From Eledone cirrhosa (Eukaryota), in the NCBI GenBank assembly GCA_964016885.1, contig OZ024752.1, forward strand, positions 10,354,001 to 10,418,000: DNA of 64,000 bases, read 5' to 3'. The stretch's first letter is position 1; each line of letters starts with the position of its first letter. A program made the translations under genes and the position numbers. Of the stretch, positions 50,320-63,076 are shown piece after piece. The notes under the pieces were generated by a model. It was not told the DNA's origin. It worked only from the letters and a program-made list of their open reading frames with translations, and searched no databases.

Positions 50320-50603
50320 AACTATAGTAGGTAAAGTCAACTTTTTAAAATTTATTTTGAAACTTTTTCATTATTTACTAAACCTTGTTTATATATATAT
50401 ATATATATATATATATCGCCACGACAAATAAATATATATATTAAAATATAAATATGAATAAAATAGATGTTCTTTTGATCAATTAAATTTTATTAATACA
50501 TATATTTTAATATTAATAACTCTGGAAAAATATTCACTGCAGAGTGCTTCCAATCTACTGTAAAACTCATTCTTTGATATACTCATTGAATCTTGTTTAA
50601 CTC

Positions 50604-50638
<35 letters not shown>

Positions 50639-51272
50639 GACGAGATTAGAGGAAACGATGTGTTGCGTGCTATCTAAATTATTTATCTGTCCCGATATTT
50701 CGAGATAAAATCTCATCTTCGGAGGTCTTCAAATGTCTTCCCATTTTCTATACCATACATAATACCTACAAGCAAACTATAACTTTAAAATCAATAAATA
50801 TAGTTTCCCATTATCTCACTAGATATCACTCCATCTCGAATCACATTTCGCACAGAAATGCCCCGTTTCTTTCTTCTGAAACAAATCATGGTCTCTAATT
50901 CCTCTAATTGTGCTCATCTATTATATAAAGGAATGATCCGCCATAACATTTCTGCTAATTAATTTTTCAAGCACAATTTTGAGAGATAATAGATATAGAT
51001 ACACGTCGCTGTAGATAAAACGATAAAAAATTGTCTGCCAACTGCATTAAAAAAAAAGTAAATTCAATTTCTTGGTATTTTAGATTCTACTATTGATTTT
51101 TATTTCAATACACAGAATTTCATAGTATTCTTCAACGCCATCGCGAGAACGATTGATCTTGATGTTACAATATGCAGACGATAGATATCTTCCTAAGTCA
51201 TACAATTCATTTTCATATTATATATTAATCTTGCATATTTAAATTGATTTATTTTCAGTATTTTTAATTATA

Positions 51273-51306
<34 letters not shown>

Positions 51307-51689
51307 ATTCAAATTCTCTTCGTCTAATATGCGTTTTTCTCGTGTTACAATGAGGTTTTTCCTTTAGAAGTAATTTTGTGATTCTAACATTAAAGGATGC
51401 AACATCCCCTCCACCCATACAGCACAGATCGATACCGTAGTGAGATTCTGATTAATTAACACGTTGTAAATGATTAGTTTTGTCGGAGATCAAAGTAAGA
51501 AATAATTATATATTTCTGTCGAGAAAATAATGAGAAAAGAAATATATAAATAGAAGACGTAAAAGAATGGATGGAGATATTGAGTGAAGGTGAGTAATTT
51601 AGTGTGAAAGTAAATACATGGATAACATGTAGCAATAACTAGGCAACAGACGAATTTATAGGAATGGTGAAGTATAATGTGGAACAAAG

Positions 51690-52180
51690 ATAGAGAAGGT
51701 GAGAGAGAGCGAGAGAGCGAGAGCGAGAGAAGGGAGAGAGAGCGAGAGAGCGAGAGAGCGAGAGCGAGAGAAGGGAGAGAGAGCGAGAGAGCGAGAGCGA
51801 GAGAGAGCGAGAGAGCGAGAGCGAGAGAGAGAGCGAGAGAGCGAGAGCGAGAGAAGGGAGAGAGAGCGAGAGAGCGAGAGAGCGAGAGACAGCGAGAGAG
51901 AGAGAGCGAGAGAGAGCGAGAGCGAGAGAGCGGAAGAGAAAGTGAGAGAGTGAGCGCGTGTGGAAGAGAAAGTGAGAGCGCATGGAAGAGAAAGTGAGAG
52001 AGCGCATGGAAGAGAAAGTGAGAGCGCATGGAAGAGAAAGTGAGAGAGCGCATGGAAGAGAAAGTGAGAGAGCGCATGGAAGAGAAAGTGAGAGAGCGCA
52101 TGGAAGAGAAAGTGAGAGAGCGCATGGAAGAGAAAGTAAGAGAGCGCATGGAAGAGAAAGTAAGAGAGCGCATGGACGAT
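51690..52180 (+). repeat. purine-rich tract: (GAGAGC)n plus 24-bp minisatellite GCGCATGGAAGAGAAAGTGAGAGA x ~9-10
   Basis: Direct reading. Confidence 0.95.
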
Positions 52181-52526
52181 AGAGTAAAGTAGAGGGGGAA
52201 GAGGTTGAGTGAAGGGAATATTAGAGAGAATACACATTGAGAGATGGGCAACAAGAGGTTACTTAAAGAGAAATCTGAGAATCTGTGGGGTAATAATAGC
52301 GTAACATACTTCTAGAATATGAAGGAAAATTGACAAGGTGGAATTAGCTCGGAATATAACGAGAGAAATAATGGAAGAGATAAATATATACAAGAAAATA
52401 TATGTCACATGATGTAAAGAAACAGATGTATATACAAAACATGGAGGTCAATTCATGTATCACTTCCTGAGCTGTAAATGGGATGCATGTAGCGTGCAGT
52501 AAAAGGACAACTTGTCAATTGAATGA

Positions 52527-52605
52527 TAATTGTTTCTACTTTTGGCACAAGGCCAGCACTTATGCAGTACATTATTGGTACTTTATCGATCTCGTAAGGA
52601 TGAAA
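52527..52605 (-). mobile_element. SINE family 1, 3' fragment
   Basis: Tail motif plus part of the central domain. Confidence 0.7.
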
Positions 52606-52716
52606 GAATAATGAAACGCAATGAAGACACACACACACCACATATATACACACAAAGAAAAAAAGAAAAAAAGAAAGCAAAAAGGAAAAAAGGAAAAATG
52701 AAAGAAAAAAAAAAGA

Positions 52717-52752
<36 letters not shown>

Positions 52753-52916
52753 ATATATCTATATATATGGTGAAGGTAGATAGTTCATTGTTTTACGACC
52801 GTTTCAGACGGTCGATTGATCGATGTATCGGCTAGTATTGTAGTGATTAGGTTACCTTTCCCAGTCTTAAAATCTGTTCAACTGGCCGTCTTTTTCATAC
52901 ACGCACACACACACAC

Positions 52917-52962
<46 letters not shown>

Positions 52963-52965
<3 letters not shown>

Positions 52966-53510
52966 AGCTCACCAGTTGGTGCTACTGGTAACATGTATCC
53001 CAGTATAACCTGTCTCATGGTCGGGTCGTTGGCGACTAAACTGGCAACCCCACCAAGGTTTCTTGGTGAGGAGGGTGACTTTGGACATCCTGCAGGACTA
53101 AAAACAAAACCTGTCAAAGGGCAAAGGAGCTCTTAAGAGTCAATGGCCATCCAAAATCACCGGGAGAGATGACCCCTTAGCCTTTGTCAAGGCAGAATTC
53201 TAGGAGAAGGATAACTCTGATATAACACCTGCAACCCTGATGGTATCCAATGATGTTGACTTGTTCTTTTTGGTAAATATCATCTTGGTTATGAGAGTGG
53301 GACTGGCTTTGTGCAATGCCTTTGCTCACTATAAAAGCTTCACGGCACAGGCATTGCTTTATATCTGGAGATCTCTCTGCACTTGTCATCACATGGTACC
53401 ATGGGCCCAGCACTGTGTGTCAATAATTGTCACAGGTGTAGTGTTTGTACCAGAGTTTTCAAGTCGCTGGCTGGACTAAAAAGTCACACTCGTTCAGCGC
53501 ATCGGTAGGG
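52963..53510 (+). mobile_element. internally deleted RTE-clade element: 5' UTR joined to 3' end with C2H2 zinc finger
   Basis: 5' UTR-like GGCGACTAAA and CTAGGAGAAGGATAACTCTGA; 53431-53508 encodes HRCSVCTRVFKSLAGLKSHTRSAHR*. Confidence 0.65.
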
Positions 53511-53935
53511 GTTCTCCTACATGGATATAAAGTAGTGGCCGTACTCGAAAACGAGTTGGCAGCCACCATATATATATATATAATATATATATAATATATA
53601 TAAGTAGTTCCACAACTGTACCAAGTGCTCTACTACTACGGATATAATCCACCAGCGTTCTACTATATATATATATATGACATGTGGTTGTCCTAAATAA
53701 ATGTTTGTGATAACAATAGTGAATCACTAAGTACCAGTTGAGAAAACCGTGTGAAATATTCTTAAGACTGTCTCTTAAAGGTGCCATCATATAGGAGTCG
53801 TTTTCATTGAGCTAACGCACACGGACCTACACATATATACACACTCACATACAGATGGATAAATATATTGATGTTTTAGTGATAGTACGCAACTCCAACC
53901 ATTTCGAAAACTAATATATTGTCCACCTCATAATA

Positions 53936-54825
53936 TAATTGTTTCTGCTTTAGGCACAAGGCCAGCAAATACCCAGTACATTACTGGTACTTTATTTTAT
54001 CGACCCCGTAAGGATGAAAGGCAAAGTCAACCTCGGCGAGATTTGAACTCAGATCGTAAAGGGACGTAACTATGCAGGAAAGCATGGCGCCCGACCCTCT
54101 ACCGATACTGCCAATTCACCATGGCCGGATTCGTAGAATCCTTTATAGTGTCGGACGCCATACTTTGGAGCATAGAGTTCAAATCCCGCCGCGGTTAAGT
54201 TTGCCTTTCATCCTGACGGGGTCGATAAAATAAAGTACCAGTCACGCCCCAGGGTCGATTTAATCGACTTTTACCTTCCCGAAAATTGCTGATCTTGTAC
54301 CTATATAAAAAACCAATATAATGTATGGCCAGGTCCAGTAGCCTGATTTTCGACATGTAGATACATTTTGATTATGGCGTGAAATGTAAACGTCATTTCG
54401 ATCATATCATATCGAATGCATACAACAAAAGCAGTCACTTATTTATCCATAACTAATATAAATCAGTGAATTGAGAGAGTGGTTACATCGTAGGATAGAA
54501 CCCTTTCCGATATTTGATCTGAGAATCTAAGTTCAAAACACGTCGCAGTTAAATTTCTTCATTTCCATTTTAGTATTGAGAATTGATCATTCCTCATTAT
54601 ATCTAGATTGGCAGTATCTGTAGGGCGTTGGACAATATGCTTTGCGGCATAGAGTTACGGCCTTTAATTTTTGAGTTCAAATACCGCCGACGTTAACTTT
54701 GCCTGTGATCCTCGCGGTGTCGATGAAATAAGTACCAGTAATGTACTGGATTCGATTTAATCGACTTACCCAACACCCACCACCCGAAAAAATAAATTGC
54801 TGGCCTTGTGCCTATATTAAAAATT
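53936..54825. mobile_element. SINE family 1: minus copy ~53936-54120, plus copies ~54125-54318 and ~54606-54825
   Basis: Family motifs; first two are head-to-head. Confidence 0.85.
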
Positions 54826-55149
54826 GACATATTTTTGTCAGTTCCTCTCTATCATTCTCTTTTCTTCTCAGGAATAAATCAGCCGTTTTGATTTGAGAGA
54901 TTGTCAGAAAGAGACCCACGAGATTTCAGAATTCCGAAGTCATGCTATGTATCCCAACATCGTACCTACGGCTCCCCAGGTTTTACGAGAAATATGTACC
55001 GAAATTGCAACCCGACGTAAATATTTCGATTTTTTAAAATCAAAGCAAACATTAAAATGTTATATATTGCCGTGCGTGTGCACGCCAGGTTCAATCAGGG
55101 CTAACCAGAGTAAGTTAGGTAATCAATACATAGTAGTATAAATATTTAA

Positions 55150-55492
55150 TATAGAAATGGCTTCTACCGGACAAGAACTGTTTCATTCAAAGGAAATCAT
55201 CAGGAAAGCCGACTGTCAATGTGATATGATGGTCTTTATACATTTGTGGTTGGTAGGGGAAGGTGGTGATTAGGATGGGTGGAGGTCATTGGCTGTATCA
55301 CTGTATATTTCTCTAAATATAGTTTTTCAAAGAATCCCTATTCTTTATATCCATCAGGCAAGGACCTCCATCCATCCCAATCACCACCCTCCCCTACCAA
55401 CTGAAAATGCATAAATACCACCATAATACATTGACAATCGGCTTTCCTGATTATTTACTTTGAATGAAAGATTTCTAGTCCTGTAGAAGCCA
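55150..55492. mobile_element. fold-back insert of the 4343-4454 family; hammerhead motif at 55159-55210 (minus), decayed copy at 55440-55491 (plus)
   Basis: GGCUUUC-CUGAUGA-u.uuc(cuuu)gaa.u-GAAA-CAG...-U-A-GAAGCC. Confidence 0.7.
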
Positions 55493-55521
55493 GCCACCTC
55501 TCCCCCCCCCCACACACACAA

Positions 55522-55573
<52 letters not shown>

Positions 55574-55645
55574 TGTGTTAAGAACTCAGGGTAGTCTCTT
55601 ACAATTAAATAGCTCTAAAAAAAAAATCTTTACCGAGCCGTACAA

Positions 55646-55888
55646 TATAATTGAATAAACAAGAGATAACACTAAGATAAACATACATGTGTTCGAATCG
55701 TAAGGACTAAAATTTGCTAGGGTGAAAAAATAACTACAGCAATATAGTTTGTTATCCTTAACTTTAAATATTAAAATAAGAAAAATTAAGAAAAATAACA
55801 GACCTATATTGGGCAAAAAGGCCTTTGGTCCTTACGATTCGAACACATGTATGTTTATCTTAGTGTTTATCTCTTGTTTATTCAATTA

Positions 55889-55890
<2 letters not shown>
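55646..55890. mobile_element. (TA)n-adjacent fold-back insert
   Basis: Arms ~55646-55711 / 55823-55890. Confidence 0.7.
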
Positions 55891-55934
<44 letters not shown>

Positions 55935-56089
55935 GAAACTTTCGCCGTATTTTTGACTAAAGAAATTTTAGCTAGAGAGTAGAGATTAAAACCCACTCAG
56001 AAATGGAAAAGATCAATATTGACGTACATGGGAATCGTACCCACATCTTTGCTTATCCGGACCCTCTGCTACCATTACACCAAAATATG

Positions 56090-56468
56090 TGGAAAATTCG
56101 ATTGAATCGACTCCAGTGCATTACAGGTAGTTTATTTTATCGACCGCGTAAGGATGAAATATAATGCTAACACCGGCGGAATTTGAACTCAGGACGTAAA
56201 GGGCCTTAACTTAGCTACGAAACATGGTGTCTGACGCTCTACCGATACTGGCGAAGAACCACCCTTGTATTGTATATAATTATTTCTACTTTTGACACAA
56301 GGCCAGCAATTAACCAGTACGTTACTGGTACTTTATGTTATTGACCCCGTAAGGATGAAAGGCAAAGTTAACCTCGGAGGGATTTGAATTCAGACTAAAG
56401 GGAAGTAACTATGCTGGAAAGCATGGCGTCGAACCTTCTACCGTTACTGGCAAACCCCCACCACCCTT
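56090..56468 (-). mobile_element. two head-to-tail SINE family 1 copies
   Basis: Each followed by CACCCTTGTATTGTATATAAT. Confidence 0.85.
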
Positions 56469-57119
56469 GTATTGTATATAATAGATATAATTATACTCTA
56501 CAATGCTTTACGATATTTCTTTTCTTAAACCTCTCGAATGAAACATCAACAATTCATATTCACAGCATTCGGGTGTTATATTCAATACTATATTAAATAT
56601 AACTGACAAGACTCATTAACGTCTGACATAATCCAAGACATGGAACGGAAATAATGAAATCACCCCAGGCAAAATACACACAAGAAATGTGAGATTGGTA
56701 TCTCTGGCGAGTACTAGAAATTAATATATTTGATGTATCTCAAAATAGGGCTAATGGCATTAGATTGACTTTAATATGTATTTCATTTACAAATGTGTAT
56801 TTACAAACGTATCTTCCTAATAATTCATTTATTATGAATGCAAGCTTGATAGAACTGCTTCAGCCTTCACGCATATGAATACATAAAGAATGTCATATAT
56901 GATTATCAATGCTACCCTATTCAATTAATTTTGATGTGTGCTTCTGTACAGAGATATAAGATTTTACTCGTGGAATATAGAAAACATTTCAACATTTATC
57001 ATTATTCCATGTGATTCACTTCCCTAATCGATGTTCGTGTTAGTTACATTTACAGTAGAGTTCCCAAACATGTTAAGTTCACGGTTTCAGAACAGGCACC
57101 ATTACTGTTTAACGACTAA

Positions 57120-57264
57120 AGGCAGTAGATTGGCAGGCTTTGTAACAGAGTTATGCCGCTTTACGTTGTTTTCACATACCAAAGTCAACTTTGCCTTTCA
57201 TCCTTACGGGGCCGATAAAATAAAAGCACCAGTAATACACTTGTGCTAAAAGTAGAAACAATTA
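57120..57264 (+). mobile_element. SINE family 1, diverged
   Basis: GCCTTTCATCCTTACGGGGCCGATAAAAT and tail. Confidence 0.7.
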
Positions 57265-58982
57265 TTGTTTTACCTCTATAAAAAATATAATAAGTGAACA
57301 GAAACGAGAGAAAATTCCAGATATTTTACGAGAGGTATATTATATAATATCTTTTTAAATAGGTGTTTTCCATTATAATAATTTAATGTCAGATTTGGTT
57401 AAAATAATCTTGATATATGTTATGCTTTAATCTTATCTGGCTTTTAAACATATTTTCCTAAGCAACGAATACGCAGTTTAAATAAGTACTGTTTAATGCT
57501 AAAACTTTTACGAGCATCATCATTATTAAATCTATAGCAAAGAGTCCTCTTTTCAGTCAATGTTTCACTACAGTTTCTAATATACATTGATCTACGTGGT
57601 CTCAAACTCTAAATAGCTATCTAGTTGAAATTGTTCTTTGGAAATCAAGTATTGAAAAATAACATTTAGCTACATAAGGAATATTACGTTAATATATCAA
57701 ATGGAATAATATGGTTTCTTATATAGGTACAAGGCCAGATCAATTTGAATAATATGAAAAACATATGTTATTTAAAGCAGAACATTATTCAACGTGTTTC
57801 AGTGAAGCAATTGCTGAAGAAAATAAGTAGTTACAACGGAGCCTTGGTTGAATGTTGCCAAAAGGGACTGTGTTTTTTATGGTAATGATAATTATACAAC
57901 TGAATAAATAGTGGTGTTTTAAATAACGATATACATATACAACAGGTCCGAACACAACGGACCAAACTCCCACCACAGTAATTTCCTCTATATCTCTATC
58001 GTTCTTCCCACGTCTCACTATCAGAAGATAGGGGCCCACACGTTGGCTGCTAGGAGAATTAGAATAAAGATTCGAAATTACACTGACCAAAGGAAAATAA
58101 ATAAATAGAAAGAAATATATTTCTAATAACGCTATAGATGCGTAAAATTGGAAAATATAGGAGTCACAGAAGAATGTGAGGGGTGATGCGCTCTGGTTCT
58201 AAGGCCTATTTCCATTAATCTGTAGTTGAATGTTTATCGTATACGAAGGAATTAAATTTATAAAATTGAAATATTTGCGTCTTCCTTGCTTGTGTTTATT
58301 TGTTATCCTGCTCTATGGTATTGTACACTATTAATGTACAGATTATCTGTACAATATATACTTTATCAAATAGAATATGAATTAAAAGAACATTTGAAAT
58401 TAAGGTGCAGACAGGTTGAGACGGAATTTCTTAGATACTGCGCAATCATCTGAGAGAACACAACAAATTCAGCACAGACCACATTCAGATAAAAGCTTTC
58501 AGAGCTTAATTGCAAGAAACACACGACACCTAACACTGTAGTCAACTGAGACGATTTCTTTACTCTCCATATTCTGTCGCAATTTTATACCACGTCCAGT
58601 CCCGTCCAGGCATATCCAGCCATGACAGGCTAACAAAATCGTATTTCAAAACCTTGTTTCTGTCTCTACTTTTGGGACCTTCACAAATTACACATACACC
58701 GTTTGGAATTCACTTTTCAACATCAACATAATTTGGGCATGTATCACCTTGTAGAATTATATATTTTCAAGTCGAAAATCACCTACCTTGATTTCAGCAA
58801 CTTCACTGCGTCTGGAAATAGTTTGATAGCATCTTATCCTCCAGTAAATCCACGAGTTGTATACGATATCAACACTGAAAGAAGATGAAATACTATATGA
58901 TATCAACACTGAAATATGATAAAATAATATATATCAACACAAAGAAGATAATATAACATAACGTATTATGTGTACACTATTA

Positions 58983-59500
58983 AATAAAATAAATTACCAG
59001 TAATACACTGAAATAATTGCTGGCCTTGTGCCAAAAGTAGAAAAACTGTGTACACTATTATAATATTGTTTTCTGATTTAGGCACAAGGCCAGCCATTTT
59101 GAGGGAAAGGGAAATTCGATTCAGTGACTTAGTGCTGCTTTCTTTTATAGACGCTGTAAGGATGAATGGCAAAGGTAACCCAGGCAGAATTTGAACTCCG
59201 AACATAAAGGACTAACTATGCGAGAAAGCATGTTGTATGAGACTACCGATACTGCTAATCCACGAACCTTACACTACTGAAAAATGGTTTCTAATTTAGG
59301 CACAAGGGCAACATATTTGCGAGTTGGGTAAAGTCAATTAAATCGACTCCATTGCGTTACTTTATTAGATCGAACTCGTAAGGATGATAGGCAAATCTAA
59401 CCACACGGGGATTTGCACCTAGAACGTAAAGAGACGCAACCATAGTATACAAACCATGATTTCCTACGCTCTATCGATACTGTCAACCCAGAGTCCTTAC
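58983..59500. mobile_element. SINE family 1 cluster (plus 3' fragment and two old minus copies)
   Basis: Family motifs; repeated flank TACACTAT. Confidence 0.75.
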
Positions 59501-60559
59501 AATATTAAAATAATAGTATCTACTATCTATTGCATTTTAACACAAAGCTAATTTCTACAGACCAGAAGTATTTGTTCTAATGTAGAAGCTATCAGTGTGA
59601 GAGAGAGGCCATGTTGAAACCAATCTTTAAAAAATACTAAGATTGGAAGTTCGATATATGGTTAAAGGTCTACCAAATATAAATAAAATCTTTGAGTACA
59701 TGGAAGCTAGGAAAAGATTCAACAGAAACCTGTTTTACAGCCTCCCTTGTTTGCTATTTTCCTTTTCTTGTGCATAATCTGCCTCCCAATGGCCTTCAAT
59801 ATTTGATTTTGTTTCTTGTTTTTCTTTTTTATTGTCCCATTAACTTTTTCATTAGCAACTGTAAGGAGTACTCGATACTTCAAGTCTGTCATGGATTACT
59901 AGCTCTAAACAGACGTTTAAATTGATTAAATGATTAATTTTCTAAGCAAAATTAAACGTTAACAAATCTGTGGCTTAAACAGTTACAATTTCTTTTCAAA
60001 TATTCCGACAAATCTAAAACCTATAATATTAACTAAATGACCTGGTCGATTTTAGTCAAGTGAATGATTTAACAGAATAAATCATAAATACACACAATAT
60101 GTTTCATATTGCTTTATAAATTCACTTCTAACAAATGTAAAACAAGAAAAAATTAACAATCAACGAACATTGTTAATTTCCAAAAGACCCAGCTGAATTA
60201 AAAGGTAACGAAAGTGAAAACCCGATTAAAAGAATTCAAATTTCTGCATTAATTTGCATAATGAAAGCAACGTAATAAACAACCTATTATTCTAAAGCAC
60301 GACATTAAGCATTCAATAGCACATTATGTAATTCATGTGTAAAGAAAGAAATGAATAAGTTCAGTGTTGCAGCTGACACTTAAAAGTGTAAAAATCTGGT
60401 AATTATTCACAAAACCTGATAAAGTTTAATATATACACAAAAATCAATTTTTACAATGAGAAGAGCACAGTATTAAATAATCGTGTAAACTTAGAATAAT
60501 ACATAGCTGAATCCGTTCTAAAATTGTTAGGATATGCGTATGTATTTTAGCAGAGGTGG

Positions 60560-61135
60560 CGTTTTCTTCTAGTGAGGCTAAACACCGCCAGTTGCAGACT
60601 GCGCATTAACATGTGATATCTCTCTCCACAAAGTCTGATCACCAGCAGCAGAGTTCAAAGAGAAAAGATCAAGTCCTCTCAATAAATTGACATTATCAAG
60701 CCATTGTTTCGGCTGCTGGCCTCTGCTTCGCCTACCAGCCAACCTTCCTTCCAGGCATAACCTACTCACACCACGAGTTGATTTTTTATGACCATATAGT
60801 TTGAGTACTCTTGACTTGATAATTGATGTAATTGCTGTTTGGTAATGTTGAGCAGCTCACTGATACAGATACGGTCCCTGAGCCACTTGCCAGTCATAAG
60901 TCTCATGGTGTGGTTCTGGAATGTAGAGAGCTTTTGAAGTGACCTTGTCTTCCAATTAACACAGTCAAGGCCATATAACAACTGGTAGGATATAAGTATC
61001 AAAGATCTTAGACTTCAAATGATAGGAAACTCGTTTTGATGTTAGTACTTTCTTGTGTTTGATCATAGTTTGTGCCCGAGATATAGAAACTCCGTAACGG
61101 GAGTAATTTTCTGATTGTAGAAGGTGAGTAGGGGG
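60560..61135 (-). pseudogene. RTE-clade LINE 3' region
   Basis: ITPVTEFLYLG; LLYGLDCVNW...LSTFQNHTMRLMTG..LRDRI; LEGRLAGRRSRGQQPKQWLDNV...AAGDQTLWREI. Confidence 0.85.
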
Positions 61136-61619
61136 CGTTTTACAAAAAAAAAAAAAAAAAGGATGTTGAAACCGTACGTATGTTTATGTCGTTGACGACC
61201 CGGCGTAAATGTCGACACATCGTAAGCCCCTGCGAGTATTATATTGCAAATTATCATGCATAAAATATCCAACCGTTTCAATATTATTTCCGCAACATGA
61301 CCCTTGATAAGTATTCCCTCTTGATATTGCCGTATGGTTTATCTGTAACATCCTACCGAAGCTTTATCCTGAAAAAAAAAACCGCGTTGACCAGACAAAC
61401 AGAGTGGGTCGTCTTAATAGATCCCTGAAGGCTCGGTACTATACCCCCCCCCCCACACACACACACTTCTACAGCCTATAGATATGTGATAGACCAAAAA
61501 CAATTACACTAGCTATGCAGATGCTCTCTCCTTTCCATACTCCGATAGAGTCTGCACTAACGTATAGAGTTTACTAACAGTACACAGGACCAGACTGGAA
61601 ACATATTTATTTCAAGACC

Positions 61620-62490
61620 GGGAAATTAAAGCTGAGCATGGCAGAGTTGACAGAAACGGTATCCCTCAAAAATACCAAGAAGGTCAATCACCTGTTCATC
61701 ATTAACCTTGTTGGCACAACCCTCTCTACAAAGCCAATCCGATGTACAACGGAGTGAAATTTGAGCGACAGCTGATCTGCAGATCAATACCCCTCGACAG
61801 GTTCATTATGTGGTGTATGTACATCCATCTAACGTACCGATACCCTAGCCTTTGTGTACGATATGGCAGAGCAGTCCCCATCCCCTGCATGGTGCAGTAG
61901 CCCTCACAATAAGTTATATACCACACTGAACGAACCCTTAAGACTTATCCTACATTCTTTTGTAGAGTGTATCACATACCTAAGTTGGGAATCAAGGCTT
62001 GAATAGACCCCAGTCATCCGCTCTGTGACAGTGGAGGATTCCTCCTCACACTGCCATTTATCTTGTCCCAGAGTAAACTGCGAGACTAGGGCTTCAACAT
62101 GTTTCAGACGTGGCCAGCTAGCTGGCAACAGACATCCTGGCCAGCCTAAATAGATAGTAGCCCTAATACCGCCCTGGCCCAAGTTCTAACATACCCCGGA
62201 AGGAGTTGGTATCCTTAAATCGGCTACGCACAGGTATCGGCCGTTTTAATGCAACCAGGCACCACACGTGGCTGCATCAATCAACAGCTGGCCAGTGTTA
62301 CTCACTAGATCAGACTGCTCAGCAGATACTGTATGACTTCCCAGATATCCGAGTAACTATCGTGAGCTAGTTACACCGTCTGGGGGACTTATAACCACCA
62401 CCCTTGCACGGAAGACGAAAAAGACGACGGAGACAGACGACGACCGACGCCTACACAGACGTCGAAGAAGAAGTCTCAGCTGGAGGGAAA
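61620..62490 (-). mobile_element. probable RTE-type 5' UTR / decayed endonuclease region (possibly the same element as 60560-61135)
   Basis: GC-richer block; motif AAATCGGCTACG also at ~30971; weak endonuclease-like translation. Confidence 0.4.
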
Positions 62491-63076
62491 TAATCCTGTA
62501 CGAGCTGGTGGAATGCCAAAAGAGTCGGAAATAGTTTTTCAATTGTTTGTATGGGAATTTATAATATACAAATAAATTCTTGAAATATACATTCTACTTG
62601 GAAATGTACATCAATTACATTTTAATGCTAGTTATTTTATACAAACTACTAATAATTTCGAATAGTTTCAGATTACTATTCAAATGAAATGCGTGTATTT
62701 ATGTCAAATATTTACTGCCTTAAAAGTTGCCTAACCCGGATTATGTGATACAAAATACCTCACCACCATCACGAGATTAAGCGACATTCACGACTGGAAT
62801 GAATTAGAATTTCATGAGATAACTCTTGTAACAGGTTGGACCTAGTGTCCAATTGATAAATAAAACTGCATGCGATTTCAGACAGTGAACTAATGTTGTT
62901 AAGGATATACTATTAAACAAATAACACTGAAGTTGCTATAATCTTCGGAAATCTTTATAGCCTCTCACTTTGATTTACTAAACGATAGAAAGTTACCAGT
63001 CATGCGAAACTGTTTTGTTCGACGTGTAGATTTTCTGTTATATGCTTGGTTCTAGATTGAATATTAAATTGTAAAT

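Larger units (their letters stand above)
48416..50430. mobile_element. retrozyme-like array: one inverted monomer (48449-48916) plus ~3.06 tandem 481-483-bp monomers (48921-~50394), (TA)n flanks, 16-bp TSD
   Basis: Periods 481/483/483; TSD ATCGCCACGACAAATA at 48416-48431 and 50415-50430; one hammerhead per monomer. Confidence 0.9.

Noticed and set aside
48612-50340. 72-aa ORF repeated four times
   Set aside because: Starts at TTG, lies antisense to the ribozyme, has no recognisable domain; the repetition just reflects the monomer
56024-56082. tRNA gene (minus; TGGTGTAATGG ... GGTACGATTCC)
   Set aside because: No complete cloverleaf; at best a tRNA or SINE-head remnant. The SINE heads elsewhere are likewise not tRNA genes
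57785-58090. Possible minus-strand exon after a pyrimidine-rich acceptor
   Set aside because: No convincing donor and no recognisable peptide
58520-58870. Possible hAT dimerisation-domain remnant (QLVDLLEDKML...RNRL)
   Set aside because: Too fragmented to support
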